Origin: a virus
Taxonomy: Duplodnaviria; Caudoviricetes
Virus record (IMG/VR): IMGVR_UViG_3300042556_002360
Coordinates: 1 to 56,976 of that record
Strand: one strand, 5' to 3'
DNA length: 56,976 bases
Both the position numbers and the translations under genes were made by a program. The notes below the pieces were generated by a model. That model was not told the origin of the DNA. It was given only the letters and a program-made list of their open reading frames with translations, and did not search any database. Below, one piece after another: positions 1-11,046 of the stretch. Position 1 is the stretch's first letter. The number at the start of each line of letters is the position of its first letter.

Positions 1-1720
1 CAAGTGGTTCGTCAGGAAGTTCAGGTACATCAGGTTCAGGTACATCGGGTTCAAGTGGAACTAGCGGTTCATCTGGCAGTTCGGGAACATCAGGTTCGAG
101 TGGAAGTTCAGGTTCAAGCGGTTCTTCAGGAACTAGTGGTTCTTCAGGAACATCTGGTTCAAGTGGTTCTTCAGGGACATCAGGTTCGAGTGGAAGTTCA
201 GGTTCAAGCGGTTCTTCGGGAACAAGCGGTTCATCTGGTTCTTCAGGTACATCAGGTTCGAGTGGTTCTTCGGGAACATCTGGTTCAGGAACCTCAGGTT
301 CAAGTGGAACAAGCGGCTCTTCAGGGACAAACGGTTCATCAGGTAGCTCTGGAACATCGGGTTCAAGTGGTTCATCAGGAAGTTCGGGAACAAGCGGTTC
401 ATCAGGTTCAAGTGGAACATCAGGAACAAGTGGCTCAAGTGGTAGTTCAGGAAGTTCAGGTACAAGTGGTTCATCAGGTTCTTCAGGTAGTTCAGGTTCT
501 TCAGGTAGTTCAGGAACATCAGGTTCAAGCGGTTCTTCAGGTTCAAGTGGAACTAGTGGTTCATCAGGAAGTTCAGGGACAAGCGGTTCAGGAACCTCAG
601 GCTCAAGTGGCACTAGTGGTTCCTCAGGAAGTTCAGGGACAAGCGGTTCAGGTACCTCAGGCTCAAGTGGTACTAGTGGTTCCTCAGGAAGTTCAGGAAC
701 AAGTGGTTCTTCAGGCTCAAGCGGTACTAGCGGTTCATCAGGGTCAAGTGGTTCGTCAGGAAGTTCAGGTACATCGGGCTCAAGTGGTTTGTCAGGAAGT
801 TCAGGTACATCGGGCTCAAGCGGTTCATCAGGAACATCGGGTTCTTCAGGTACAAGTGGTTCTTCAGGTAGTTCAGGGTCAAGTGGAACATCAGGCTCGG
901 GTACATCAGGTTCTTCAGGAACTTCAGGTTCATCTGGTTCTTCAGGTAGTTCAGGGTCAAGTGGAACATCAGGTTCAAGTGGTAGTTCGGGAACAAGTGG
1001 TAGTTCGGGAACAAGTGGTTCGTCAGGAAGTTCAGGAACATCAGGCTCAGGTACATCGGGTTCTTCAGGAACAAGTGGCTCAAGCGGTTCTTCAGGAACT
1101 AGCGGTTCATCTGGTTCTTCAGGAACTAGCGGTTCATCTGGTTCTTCAGGTAGTTCAGGGTCAAGTGGAACATCAGGTTCAAGTGGTAGTTCGGGAACAA
1201 GTGGAACATCAGGTTTAAGTGGTAGTTCGGGAACAAGTGGTTCGTCAGGAAGTTCAGGAACATCAGGCTCAGGTACATCTGGTTCTTCAGGAACTAGCGG
1301 TTCATCTGGTTCTTCAGGAAGTGGCGGTTCATCTGGTTCTTCAGGAAGTTCAGGGACATCAGGCTCAAGCGGAACTAGTGGTTCATCAGGTTCAAGTGGC
1401 TCTAGTGGTTCATCAGGTTCTTCAGGAACATCAGGTTCAGGTAGCTCAGGCTCAAGCGGAACAAGTGGTTCATCTGGAGTGTCGGGAGCTAGTGGAACAT
1501 CAGGTTCTTCAGGTAGTTCAGGAACATCAGGGTCAGGAACATCAGGTTCAAGTGGGTCTTCAGGAACAAGCGGAAGTTCTGGTTCATCAGGTACTTCAGG
1601 TTCAGGAACCTCAGGTTCAAGTGGAACTAGTGGTTCTTCAGGAACTAGCGGTTCATCGGGTTCAAGTGGTTCTTCAGGAACTAGCGGTTCATCGGGTTCA
1701 AGTGGTTCATCAGGAACATT
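1..1720 (+). repeat. Coding low-complexity tandem repeat (9-bp period, e.g. tca ggt tca / agt gga aca) with larger duplicated blocks
   Basis: Directly visible; synonymous codon variation between units. Confidence 0.95.
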
Positions 1721-2240
1721 AAGTGCAGTTGTACAAGTCACATCTGGTACTGTAACTATGGCTACACCGAATACGGGACCTCCAGTTATAACCGATTATT
1801 ATTACGGTGGTGCTACTGCAGGGTGGAATGACGGTACTTGGAATGAACTTGTTGCAGCATCACCAGTACCATTTCCACATTTACATAATTTTGCACCAAT
1901 TTTAATATCTAATGGGGCGAGTAATTTAACTTTTAATCTTTGTGGTAATGGATATTTTTATGGGACAATTTCGACTGGAGTTACACTATATGCCGATGTT
2001 TTAATTGCAGAATGTTCACAATTTGCGGTTGGGTCACCTACAGGTGTAGAATATGTTAGGGTTTTTGATGGTGTTTCTACCGATATATCGGATGTTGGAA
2101 CCGTGTGTTTTGATTTTACAACAACATATTCAATTCCAACGGCATGTGAATATCAAGCAGCGGTTGCGCTTATTGTTGTTTCAGACGAGGTAGGTTCACA
2201 AAAGTTTGATTTTTCTTATCAACTGAGGGTTAGTCAATAA
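3..2240 (+). CDS. Gly/Ser/Thr triplet-repeat (SGS/SGT)n protein with C-terminal globular domain; 5'-partial; probable virion fibre/surface protein
   Basis: The frame of ORF 789..2240 continues to the window edge as SGSSGTSG... with Gly at nearly every third residue until ~1720, followed by ~170 aa of normal-complexity sequence. Confidence 0.85.
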   Translation, partial: SGSSGSSGTSGSGTSGSSGTSGSSGSSGTSGSSGSSGSSGSSGTSGSSGTSGSSGSSGTSGSSGSSGSSGSSGTSGSSGSSGTSGSSGSSGTSGSGTSGSSGTSGSSGTNGSSGSSGTSGSSGSSGSSGTSGSSGSSGTSGTSGSSGSSGSSGTSGSSGSSGSSGSSGSSGTSGSSGSSGSSGTSGSSGSSGTSGSGTSGSSGTSGSSGSSGTSGSGTSGSSGTSGSSGSSGTSGSSGSSGTSGSSGSSGSSGSSGTSGSSGLSGSSGTSGSSGSSGTSGSSGTSGSSGSSGSSGTSGSGTSGSSGTSGSSGSSGSSGSSGTSGSSGSSGTSGSSGTSGSSGSSGTSGSGTSGSSGTSGSSGSSGTSGSSGSSGTSGSSGSSGSSGSSGTSGSSGSSGTSGTSGLSGSSGTSGSSGSSGTSGSGTSGSSGTSGSSGSSGSGGSSGSSGSSGTSGSSGTSGSSGSSGSSGSSGSSGTSGSGSSGSSGTSGSSGVSGASGTSGSSGSSGTSGSGTSGSSGSSGTSGSSGSSGTSGSGTSGSSGTSGSSGTSGSSGSSGSSGTSGSSGSSGSSGTLSAVVQVTSGTVTMATPNTGPPVITDYYYGGATAGWNDGTWNELVAASPVPFPHLHNFAPILISNGASNLTFNLCGNGYFYGTISTGVTLYADVLIAECSQFAVGSPTGVEYVRVFDGVSTDISDVGTVCFDFTTTYSIPTACEYQAAVALIVVSDEVGSQKFDFSYQLRVSQ

Positions 2241-2250
2241 ACTGAGGAAA

Positions 2251-3129
2251 TTAAATCCAGTCTTTAATTTTGTCAAATACCATTTCAGGTGTTATTGACG
2301 TATGACATTCAAATTGTCGGTCAGTATCTCTATGTTTGGGACACCAATACCAATCACCAGCATCAAAAGAATGTTCTTTATTAATCATATTCCAACATCC
2401 GTGACATACTGATTTGTTTGTAATTCTTTTGTAATTCTCACACGATAAATCAAATTCATTCCAATCTTCAGTAAAATTAGAAATCATTACAACTTTTTTA
2501 TTCATTGCATGCGCCAACCAAGATGTACCAGAAGAAAGTCCAATAAAAAACTCTGAATGATTTATGTAATTCATAAGGTCATCAAATGGTAAACCTAATT
2601 TTTTATTTGCCTTGGATGGCATTCCATTTCTCAGAGGAGGAACACCAAACATTTCATCTTTTTCTAATATTATTGGAGTTAAACCACTCTTTCTCAATAA
2701 ACCACAAAGGTCACTCCAATTTGGAGATTGAGGTTGAGATTTTTTTCCCAAAGGATGGTTCCAATATTTCAATTGAGAAGTTGAGTGAATACTAATAGTT
2801 ACATACCTTCCTTTAATTGGTCTTTCACGTTCAGGAACATCAACCTTAGGTTGAATATATTTCCAATCCATAAATCCAAGTTGATTTGCAAAACCTGTTT
2901 GAAGTGGTAGGTTAAAGTTATAATCCAAATCAATTTTTTTATCATAAGGTGTTCCATCGGTATAGAACCTCACCGAAGGATAGGATTTTAAAAACAAAGA
3001 ATTATATTTTGGATTTGATTTTAATAAAACATTATCATTTGTGTTTGAGATAAATTGTTCAACGCAAGGCATTGCACCAATCGTATCACCCAATGAGGTT
3101 GACTTGAGATTAATTAAAATTGTTTTCAT
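2251..3129 (-). CDS. Aah/TibC-like (autotransporter O-heptosyltransferase, GT9-related) glycosyltransferase
   Basis: SLGDTI motif, FIGLSSGTSWLAHA, and C-terminal CHGCWN...WCP...QFEC..SITP Cys cluster typical of this family. Confidence 0.8.
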   Translation of the reverse strand: MKTILINLKSTSLGDTIGAMPCVEQFISNTNDNVLLKSNPKYNSLFLKSYPSVRFYTDGTPYDKKIDLDYNFNLPLQTGFANQLGFMDWKYIQPKVDVPERERPIKGRYVTISIHSTSQLKYWNHPLGKKSQPQSPNWSDLCGLLRKSGLTPIILEKDEMFGVPPLRNGMPSKANKKLGLPFDDLMNYINHSEFFIGLSSGTSWLAHAMNKKVVMISNFTEDWNEFDLSCENYKRITNKSVCHGCWNMINKEHSFDAGDWYWCPKHRDTDRQFECHTSITPEMVFDKIKDWI

Positions 3130-5411
3130 TATATTTTACTTAAAAGATTGTTAAAAACTTGTATAGGAGTAATTGATTTTTGACAAATGTGTTGTTTTTT
3201 GGTTCCCTTATAAACAGGACACCAATCCCAATCACCAGGGTTAAAGACAAATACTTCATCATTCCAACAAAATATACAAGTATTGTCATTATAAATTCTT
3301 GTTATGTTTGATGAGAATTCGTGATTTGGTTTTGCAAAACCATTTATCATAAAGGTATGTTTTCCTAACGACCAATTAAGCCAAGATAACCCCGACCCCA
3401 AGCCAACGAAAGCTTCTGCGTGGTGTAGATAATTGGAAACAACATCTAAAGGTTCTCCCCAAACATTGGTAACTCCTTCAATATTATATGGACGTAGAGT
3501 GACGGTAACAACATCATACCCAAGTTCTTTAATTAGTTTTGATAGAGAAACCCAACTTTCATAAACCCACTCCTTACAACCTGAAGTTGCGTTGGGGGCA
3601 AAAACAACATACTTGTTTTCAATAGGTCTTTCCTTCTTTGGTAAATTAACACCATAGTTCAATTCGGTATATTCAAGACCAAGAATATCAGTTGCGGTTT
3701 GTTGAAGTGGAATTATGTTTGGTTGATTTGGATGTCGGTCAAAATCATCCCATTTATCATCCTTTCTAAACCAACCAATTCTATACACCGCATAACATTC
3801 ACGAGACTCACCTGGTTTTATGAACTCAATATTTTTATATTCGTCCAATCCCTCAAGTAATTCATTTTTAAATGTTGACAATATTACCTTGCAATTATGT
3901 TTTCTTTGGAATTCTGATGCGTATGGTGACCAAGAGATTGTATCACCCAAAGATTTTGATTCTAATGAGATGATTATTGTTTTATCGGTTAAATCAAACA
4001 CATCGTATATCTGACCATTTACCTTAATAATCCAGGGGGTGTAGTATTTTCTCCCTGCAGCAACCCACATATTGTTTGATATGGTTTCAGAGTGAACCAC
4101 CTCATCGTTGGTACTATCAATAAATTCAATATGATATTGTTTTTTTTCATCACCCAACACCTCAACTCTAGGACCATTTAAATAATTAATGATAATTTTA
4201 TTTTCTTTTTTTGGTCTATCTAACCAAGGCTTTATACCCATAAAGTCATTTAGAGTTTCAATCCCAATCTCGGCAACACGTTCCCAATTAAATTCTCTTC
4301 TAATTATTTCAGACTCCTCTAACGCTCTTTGTTTATATGTTTGATAGTTGGTTACCACATCCCACATTTGTTTTCCCAAATCATTAAAATCAGGTTCGTA
4401 GTAGTTTCCAACACTATTGTTGAAGTGATTGTATGAACTTGCACTAACAGGTAGTTCGTGTGATATTTTAACGGGAATACCTTTACCTTCGGCAAACTCT
4501 AATTGACCCGAACAATTTGAATAAATGGATGGGGTGCCACATGCCATTGCCTCGATTAAAGGTAAGTTCCAACCTTCAGCTCTTGCGCAAGATACAAACG
4601 CATCACAAGATTTTAATATCTTAATATAATCTTCTCTCGGTGGGAAATGTAAAATTTTAATTCGGTCATCTGTAAATCCGTAATATTCCAATCTTTCTTC
4701 AGTTGAATTTAACCCATCATTTGAAAACGGATTATCAACCGAAACAATTAAATCAACAGGTTCATCTTTGTCAAATGTATTTAAGAACGTTTCAATAATT
4801 TCTTTGATTGATTTTCTATAATCCCATCTGCCAGCCAAGAAGAATTTAAACCTTCCATCTGAGGTTAATTTGTGAGATGTCTTTTCAGGGAAGAACTTTG
4901 TGATATCAACACCTTCGGGAACAACCTTAATCTTATTTGGGTCATAACCTTGTGCGATTGTCATATCCCTTTGCCATTTGGACGGAACCCACATCTCGTC
5001 AAATTCTTGTAATTTGTTAAAATAATGTTGCGGTTGTAAAGTTGACTCCCAAACATTGTATGCAATTTTAGGGCCATTATATTCATCATAAAACAAATGA
5101 TGGTTTGTTTCACATAAAACAATATTAACATCAGGAACGAATTCTTTTGATGGGGTAGAATACATTTTATGATTATCTCTACCATTATCATTATTCCAAA
5201 GAATTTGTTCGTATAATATTTTTCTATCGGTTTCATTAAAATACGGTTCTTTATTGTGAGGTTCTTTACTCATACCCTCCCAACTTTTTCCAACCGTAAA
5301 ATTTCTAAATTTAATTTGAGAGTGTTTTGACAAGTGTCTGAAAAAATCCCTCGTATGATGGTTATATCCTGTGTGTCCGATGTAAGACCCGTGTCCAAAA
5401 ATTTTTAACAT
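3129..5411 (-). CDS. Fusion of a GT4 glycosyltransferase and an Aah/TibC-like heptosyltransferase domain
   Basis: N-half has GRWDYRK and EGWNLPLIEAMACGTP (GT4 E-X7-E); C-half has SLGDTISW, VGLGSGLSWL, CIFCWND...WCP...IC..SITP. Confidence 0.85.
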   Translation of the reverse strand: MLKIFGHGSYIGHTGYNHHTRDFFRHLSKHSQIKFRNFTVGKSWEGMSKEPHNKEPYFNETDRKILYEQILWNNDNGRDNHKMYSTPSKEFVPDVNIVLCETNHHLFYDEYNGPKIAYNVWESTLQPQHYFNKLQEFDEMWVPSKWQRDMTIAQGYDPNKIKVVPEGVDITKFFPEKTSHKLTSDGRFKFFLAGRWDYRKSIKEIIETFLNTFDKDEPVDLIVSVDNPFSNDGLNSTEERLEYYGFTDDRIKILHFPPREDYIKILKSCDAFVSCARAEGWNLPLIEAMACGTPSIYSNCSGQLEFAEGKGIPVKISHELPVSASSYNHFNNSVGNYYEPDFNDLGKQMWDVVTNYQTYKQRALEESEIIRREFNWERVAEIGIETLNDFMGIKPWLDRPKKENKIIINYLNGPRVEVLGDEKKQYHIEFIDSTNDEVVHSETISNNMWVAAGRKYYTPWIIKVNGQIYDVFDLTDKTIIISLESKSLGDTISWSPYASEFQRKHNCKVILSTFKNELLEGLDEYKNIEFIKPGESRECYAVYRIGWFRKDDKWDDFDRHPNQPNIIPLQQTATDILGLEYTELNYGVNLPKKERPIENKYVVFAPNATSGCKEWVYESWVSLSKLIKELGYDVVTVTLRPYNIEGVTNVWGEPLDVVSNYLHHAEAFVGLGSGLSWLNWSLGKHTFMINGFAKPNHEFSSNITRIYNDNTCIFCWNDEVFVFNPGDWDWCPVYKGTKKQHICQKSITPIQVFNNLLSKI

Positions 5412-5478
5412 AATTACGTATTTTAGTTTAAAAATAAGAATTTTTGTCTATATTATCAATTATAAATTAATATAAAAC

Positions 5479-6936
5479 ATGCACTATTCAGCTTACGTTA
5501 ACGCAGAAAGATTTTACGACAAATATTGTAAAATTAACATTGAAAATAAAAAAATATTGGATGTCGGTTCATATGATGTGAACGGAACAATGAAACCAAT
5601 TTTTGAGAAAGGACAATACATAGGATTGGATATGGAGGCAGGTCCTAATGTGGATGTTGTTGGTGTCTCTCACGATATTCCTTTTGGAAATGCTGAGTTT
5701 GATATTGTGATTTCCTCATCTTGTTTTGAACACGACGATATGTTTTGGATTTCATTCCAAGAGATGTGTAGAGTATTAAAGCCAGGTGGATATATGTATA
5801 TCCAAGCACCATCAAACGGACCATACCACGGATGGCCTGGTGATAATTGGAGGTTTTATATTGATAGTTGGAAGGCTCTTGAAAAGTGGGGTAAAAGATT
5901 GGGTTATGATATTGAATTGGTTGACCATTATATTGATGAAACAACACCAGACCCAACTTACCAACGAATTTGGAATGATTCAATTGGTATTTTTAGAAAA
6001 AAGACTGTCTACACTAAAAAAGTGGCATTAATCAGTAGTTTTTGTGATACTCAAGAAAAGATAGATGTATTAGAAAGAAATATAAAAACAATTAAAGAAA
6101 ATAGGTTGGATGTTATTTTAATCAGTCCAATATCGTTACCTGAGTCACTCACAAAGTTATGCGATTATGTTTTCTTCACTAAGGATAATCCTGTCCTAAA
6201 CTGGCCTATCAGGGCAATGAGGGATTGGGTTATTATTGATATTGAAGGAACTACGCATAGGATATCAAGAACATATCCAGATTATGGATTTGCGGGTCTA
6301 ACACAAATTAAACAATTAAGTGAAATTGCCTTAAATCTCGAATACGACCAATTTTATCATATGATTTATGACATAAAAATTGATGATAATGTTATTGAGG
6401 GTTTCCGTTCAAATAGGGAATATAATGTATACCCTTCAAAACGAGGTGAAGTTATTTGGGACGTTGGACTACATTATATGATTTTCAATAGAGAAAATTT
6501 AAAAGAATTTATTTCACACATATCATTTGATAGTTACATCAGTTTAAAGGATACAGATGCATTTGAATGGTTGGCACATTTACGAAACATGCTCCCAATT
6601 CAAATTGAACAGACACCTGTTGAAGACGAGATATATTTTTATGAAAACATAGATTTTTTCAATTATTCTCCAACTGATAAGTTTAAACTATTCATTGAAA
6701 AAGATGACGAACTGTTAACACCAATTAAACTTTTATTTTATGATTTAACTAAAGAAATAGAAGTTAAAATTAAGATTGGTAACAATGATGAAGGTATTCA
6801 TTTGATTAATGAAAATAAGATTATTCCGTTAGGGTTTAACAAAACAAACTATCAAACAGTTAAGATTGAAGTGGATTCTGTGGAGTATGATTTAACTAAT
6901 ATTATTAAAGAAGTTAAACACAACACCATCAAGTAA
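5479..6936 (+). CDS. Class I SAM-dependent methyltransferase fused to an unknown C-terminal domain
   Basis: ILDVGS, FDIVISSSCFEH, RVLKPGG motifs. Confidence 0.8.
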   Translation: MHYSAYVNAERFYDKYCKINIENKKILDVGSYDVNGTMKPIFEKGQYIGLDMEAGPNVDVVGVSHDIPFGNAEFDIVISSSCFEHDDMFWISFQEMCRVLKPGGYMYIQAPSNGPYHGWPGDNWRFYIDSWKALEKWGKRLGYDIELVDHYIDETTPDPTYQRIWNDSIGIFRKKTVYTKKVALISSFCDTQEKIDVLERNIKTIKENRLDVILISPISLPESLTKLCDYVFFTKDNPVLNWPIRAMRDWVIIDIEGTTHRISRTYPDYGFAGLTQIKQLSEIALNLEYDQFYHMIYDIKIDDNVIEGFRSNREYNVYPSKRGEVIWDVGLHYMIFNRENLKEFISHISFDSYISLKDTDAFEWLAHLRNMLPIQIEQTPVEDEIYFYENIDFFNYSPTDKFKLFIEKDDELLTPIKLLFYDLTKEIEVKIKIGNNDEGIHLINENKIIPLGFNKTNYQTVKIEVDSVEYDLTNIIKEVKHNTIK

Positions 6937-6939
6937 TTT

Positions 6940-7503
6940 ATGATTGAAAATATACATCTGTGGAGGGCGGATAGGGGAAGTTATTTTGACCGAAATGTTA
7001 ATATAATATCTTGGAGCGATGACTATAAAGTTAACGTTGGAAAGTATTGTTCGATAGGTAGAGATTGTACTTTCTTCTTACATGCAAATCACAGACCCGA
7101 TTGGATAACAACCAGTTCCCAATTGTGGGGGCCTGTCACACCTGAAATTGCGGAACTACATATGCAAATGGGGCATCCGTCTTGTAAGGGTGATATTACC
7201 ATTGGTAACGATGTTTGGATTGGAGCGAAGTCAACAATAATGTCGGGTATCAAGATTGGGGATGGCGCAATTGTTGCAGCAGGAGCTTTAGTCACCAAAG
7301 ACGTAGAACCATATTCAGTTGTCGGTGGAAATCCTGCAAAACATTTAAAATATAGATTTGAGGAACAACAAATAAAAGATTTATTGTACATTTCTTGGTG
7401 GAATTGGGAAGAAGGTAAGATTAAGGAAGAAGCGATGATATTATGGAGTCAAGATATAAACTATTTTATACAAAAACATAAAAATGATAAAGGTAACATA
7501 TAA
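6940..7503 (+). CDS. Hexapeptide-repeat O-acetyltransferase (CatB/Vat-like)
   Basis: [51 protein letters not shown]. Confidence 0.9.
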   Translation: MIENIHLWRADRGSYFDRNVNIISWSDDYKVNVGKYCSIGRDCTFFLHANHRPDWITTSSQLWGPVTPEIAELHMQMGHPSCKGDITIGNDVWIGAKSTIMSGIKIGDGAIVAAGALVTKDVEPYSVVGGNPAKHLKYRFEEQQIKDLLYISWWNWEEGKIKEEAMILWSQDINYFIQKHKNDKGNI

Positions 7504-8326
7504 TACAGAAGGTATACGAGTTGATATCGGTAATATTAGTAAATACAATAAAAATTTACCATTCAAATTAAAAATTAAAAAACACGTAAGTGGTGAAGAA
7601 CAATGGTCAATTGATATGCACGATTATTGGTATGCAACGTATCCAAACACTGAGATGTTTGATGTTGAAATCACAGATTCAAAGAGTAATGTCGTTTACG
7701 TTAAAAGGTGGGATGTTATGGAACACGGAAATCATTTTTATAAATCGTTGTGGACATATAATAAAGGATTAATCTCTAATGGTAAATTTCCAAAAGGGTT
7801 GGTTATTGGAACTCACGATGGAGAATTCGGAGAATGGGTTCCAATTGTTCAAAGAAGAGAATGTGATGTGGTTTTAGTTGAAGCATCAGACAATCAATAT
7901 CAGAAATTAAAAAATAATTACAAAAATAACTCTTTAGTTAAACCGATTCAAAATTTAATTACACCGAATGGTGGTGAGGTTGAGTTTTTTGAAGGTGGGG
8001 CGGGTTACACAAACACCATCGTTGAAAATGTTATTAGACATTGGGAGAAAGAAGAAATAAAATCAACCAAAAGAGATTCGGTTAGTATTACTGATTTGAT
8101 TTTAACCGAGTGTGGTGGTCAGATTGATTGGTTACACTTAGATGTTGAAGGATTGGATGCGCAATTAATTATGGGTATTGATGAGTCTAAAATAATTTTA
8201 CCAAATTTTATAATCTTTGAGGATTATAATTTATCTCAAGACAAAAAGGATGAAATCTATGGATGGTTACATCACAGAGGATATCAGACATATTCTGATG
8301 GTGGAATATGTGAGGCGGTTAAATAA
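7484..8326 (+). CDS. FkbM-family methyltransferase
   Basis: [24 protein letters not shown]. Confidence 0.75.
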   Translation: MIKVTYNTEGIRVDIGNISKYNKNLPFKLKIKKHVSGEEQWSIDMHDYWYATYPNTEMFDVEITDSKSNVVYVKRWDVMEHGNHFYKSLWTYNKGLISNGKFPKGLVIGTHDGEFGEWVPIVQRRECDVVLVEASDNQYQKLKNNYKNNSLVKPIQNLITPNGGEVEFFEGGAGYTNTIVENVIRHWEKEEIKSTKRDSVSITDLILTECGGQIDWLHLDVEGLDAQLIMGIDESKIILPNFIIFEDYNLSQDKKDEIYGWLHHRGYQTYSDGGICEAVK

Positions 8327-8502
8327 TTTTCAATATCTTTTTTTTCCTCTTTTGACTTATAAAGTTTCATTAATTTTAAAGAATCTTTATAATGTTTCTC
8401 AAGTCTATCTAATTCCTCAACAGTAACACAACTCTCACACGCCAAATTATATTGTTCTTCGGCTTCTTGAATTATTTTTTCAATCGTCTTAAGAAGTTTC
8501 AT
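8284..8502 (-). CDS. Hypothetical protein
   Basis: ATG-started ORF with TATTTAT motif just upstream on its own strand. Confidence 0.55.
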   Translation of the reverse strand: MKLLKTIEKIIQEAEEQYNLACESCVTVEELDRLEKHYKDSLKLMKLYKSKEEKKDIENYLTASHIPPSEYV

Positions 8503-8613
8503 ATAATATAAATATACTTGATTAGTGTGTTTATTTATCTTCTAACATTTCTATTTTTAAATTGTATAAAAAACAACTATTAGGTTATTTATATAAAAAC
8601 TATTTAAGAATAA

Positions 8614-10791
8614 ATGAATCCGTTTTATTTACAGTGTTGTAGTAACCCTGCTATTATCGTATATGAACCTTTTCCTACGGTTAACGGGATACCAAACTCA
8701 ATGTTTACATTGGGAACGGTTTATTTTGATGCCAACAATGTTTGTTGGGAGGCTGTAGCAACAGGACCTCAAACACATACTAATACAACTATTGTATATA
8801 CTGCAACGATAAGTGATTGTCTTGAATGTATTGGACTACACCCTGGCGACTGCTCTTTATTACCTGAAATAACACCAACTCCAACACCGACAGTAACACC
8901 AACACCGACAGTAACACCAACAGAGACCTATGACATTTATTTATTTGAAGATTGTTGTAATTCATCAAATAAATTTAGATTTGAGAATGTGCCAGGAACG
9001 TTAAATGTTGGTGACGTTTATGATATATTAAACCCTTTATTTACAGGATGTGCAACAGTTATTGCGTATTCACCAATAGGTCCATTATATAGTGGTAGTG
9101 GCACAACATTTACACAACAAATTAGTTGTGCGAGTTGTGGCGCCTGCCCATCACCAACACCAACACCTACAATCACATCAACGAACACACCCACACCAAC
9201 AATTACGCCAACAATTACACCAACTCCTGGTTTATGTCCTTCGGTGTATTGTTTAAGAACAAGCTTACCTTCTCTTTCAGGTTATAGTGGAAATTACACA
9301 AAAATTTCAACATATAACGGTAAAGATTATTATGAGGGTGACGGTATTGATTTTGGAACAATATATTACACGGGTGATAGATGGTGTTTAAGTAATTCAT
9401 TAGGTGGTTCTTGTTTTCTTGAGGGTTCATATCCTTGTGATGTGGATTGTCCCGATATTTCGGCAAATTTATTTAACATTGGTGTGTGTCCGACTCCAAC
9501 CCCAACACAAACTGTAACATTATCGTTTGACTTTGTTGGGTATTTTGATTGTGACATACCACCAACACCGACACCACCAACATCGACTATTCCTTGTGAT
9601 GTTGTTGATTTTGATGTTACATCAACTTTATTACCACCAACACCAACTCCAACACCTGTGTGCAATGTTGGTGTGTCTTTCAGTATTTGTAGTTATAATA
9701 ACGTAACACCGACACCATCAATTACACCGACATTAACATTAACAAAAACTTGTGACGTTCAAGGTCAAGTTTCATTCGTGATGTTAGACGAAACATTCAG
9801 TTGTACTTCAGTTAAAGTTTTAGTGTCTTGTGCCGATGGAACGGAATACTACGTGGCAGGTAATTTAAATTATGGTGGAATTCCTGTTGTAATTGGTTCA
9901 ACAATGTTGGCGGTAATTAATGGAAATTATGTGTGTGTCACTTATGATAGAGACGATGCAAATATTTCTTCAAATTCATATGTAACAGAAGTTACCAACC
10001 TATACGGTTCTTGTGGAAGTTGTTCACCAACACCTACACCAACTACGACATCAACGGCAACACCGACACCAACAGTTACTCCGACAACGACTCCAACTCC
10101 AACAATAACACCAACAATAACGCCAACTTCAACAGTTACTCCGACCGTGACTCCAACACCAGGATTATCACCAACCCCAACAAGTACTGTAACTCCAACA
10201 CCAACCAAGACACCTACCAAAACTCCGACTCAAACTCCAACTATAACACCAACTATGACTTTAACACCTAATTATGTTTATGTGTATCAAACTTGTCCTG
10301 GACAAGAAATAACACCAACTGAAGTGATTCAAACAGTTCAATCTCCAATAGCTCTTATTGTTGGACAAACATTTAAAGACTCTAATGGAATTTGTTGGAC
10401 TTATGTTGGACAATTCATTAATAACTACATTCCAACTGTTGGTTACCTTGCGGTTAGCTATACAGGAAATTATTTTGCAAGTGCATTCAACACAATTTAT
10501 GAAAACTGTGAAGATTGTATAACCACACCATTATGTTATGAATATTATGTTGAAAACATAACAAGTGAAATTGGTCACGACACCTCAATAATATTTGCGG
10601 TTGGTAGTAACTACCTATGTCCTGAAAGTTCAACTGACTTAACACCTGTTGCGATTGGTAATGGTATATGTATAAGAACAACAGTACCTCTACCTGATAA
10701 TTTAGCATTAACTCCAGTGTGGGGTGATGGATTTATCCCATTACCTGTTTTAGGTGTTGATTACACTTTAACTTTAAACGGATGTCCTTAA
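8614..10791 (+). CDS. Cys-rich protein with Thr-Pro repeat linkers, putative virion surface protein
   Basis: Repeated CC..CW..CxxC modules separated by (PT)n tracts; TATTTAT at 8586. Confidence 0.75.
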   Translation: MNPFYLQCCSNPAIIVYEPFPTVNGIPNSMFTLGTVYFDANNVCWEAVATGPQTHTNTTIVYTATISDCLECIGLHPGDCSLLPEITPTPTPTVTPTPTVTPTETYDIYLFEDCCNSSNKFRFENVPGTLNVGDVYDILNPLFTGCATVIAYSPIGPLYSGSGTTFTQQISCASCGACPSPTPTPTITSTNTPTPTITPTITPTPGLCPSVYCLRTSLPSLSGYSGNYTKISTYNGKDYYEGDGIDFGTIYYTGDRWCLSNSLGGSCFLEGSYPCDVDCPDISANLFNIGVCPTPTPTQTVTLSFDFVGYFDCDIPPTPTPPTSTIPCDVVDFDVTSTLLPPTPTPTPVCNVGVSFSICSYNNVTPTPSITPTLTLTKTCDVQGQVSFVMLDETFSCTSVKVLVSCADGTEYYVAGNLNYGGIPVVIGSTMLAVINGNYVCVTYDRDDANISSNSYVTEVTNLYGSCGSCSPTPTPTTTSTATPTPTVTPTTTPTPTITPTITPTSTVTPTVTPTPGLSPTPTSTVTPTPTKTPTKTPTQTPTITPTMTLTPNYVYVYQTCPGQEITPTEVIQTVQSPIALIVGQTFKDSNGICWTYVGQFINNYIPTVGYLAVSYTGNYFASAFNTIYENCEDCITTPLCYEYYVENITSEIGHDTSIIFAVGSNYLCPESSTDLTPVAIGNGICIRTTVPLPDNLALTPVWGDGFIPLPVLGVDYTLTLNGCP

Positions 10792-10806
10792 AAGATAATA
10801 AAATAA

Positions 10807-11034
10807 ATGGCATTACAAGTAACGATTAATAGTATTACAGGACAATCACCATATGATGTTTATATATGTCAAACGGGTGGTACAGGTTGTTATTATATGA
10901 CAACAATTAGTTCTGCTCCTTATAATTTTGATATACCAGCACCATACGATACGTCAAGTTCATATATGTTAAAATTGATTGATTCAAATGGGTGCATAAT
11001 CTCAGGTAATACGGGGGTAACTGTTTGTCCGTAA
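10807..11034 (+). CDS. Small Cys-containing beta protein, paralog of the N-terminal domain of the next gene
   Basis: VTINSIT..PYDVYIC..C..PYNFDIPAPYD..KLIDSNGC aligns with the N-terminus of 11047..11694. Confidence 0.75.
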   Translation: MALQVTINSITGQSPYDVYICQTGGTGCYYMTTISSAPYNFDIPAPYDTSSSYMLKLIDSNGCIISGNTGVTVCP

Positions 11035-11046
11035 GAAACAAGAAAA

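Noticed and set aside
4-1722. Long V/Q-rich ORFs 4..1218 and 1219..1722, and minus-strand N/L-rich ORFs
   Set aside because: Shadow frames of the Ser/Gly repeat; the variation is synonymous only in the SGS frame
6940-7503. Antibiotic resistance gene (catB/vat)
   Set aside because: Same fold, but the glycosyltransferase context favours a sugar O-acetyltransferase
9366-10271. Minus-strand VGVGV ORFs and alternative-frame N/T-rich ORFs
   Set aside because: Antisense or shifted readings of the Thr-Pro repeats
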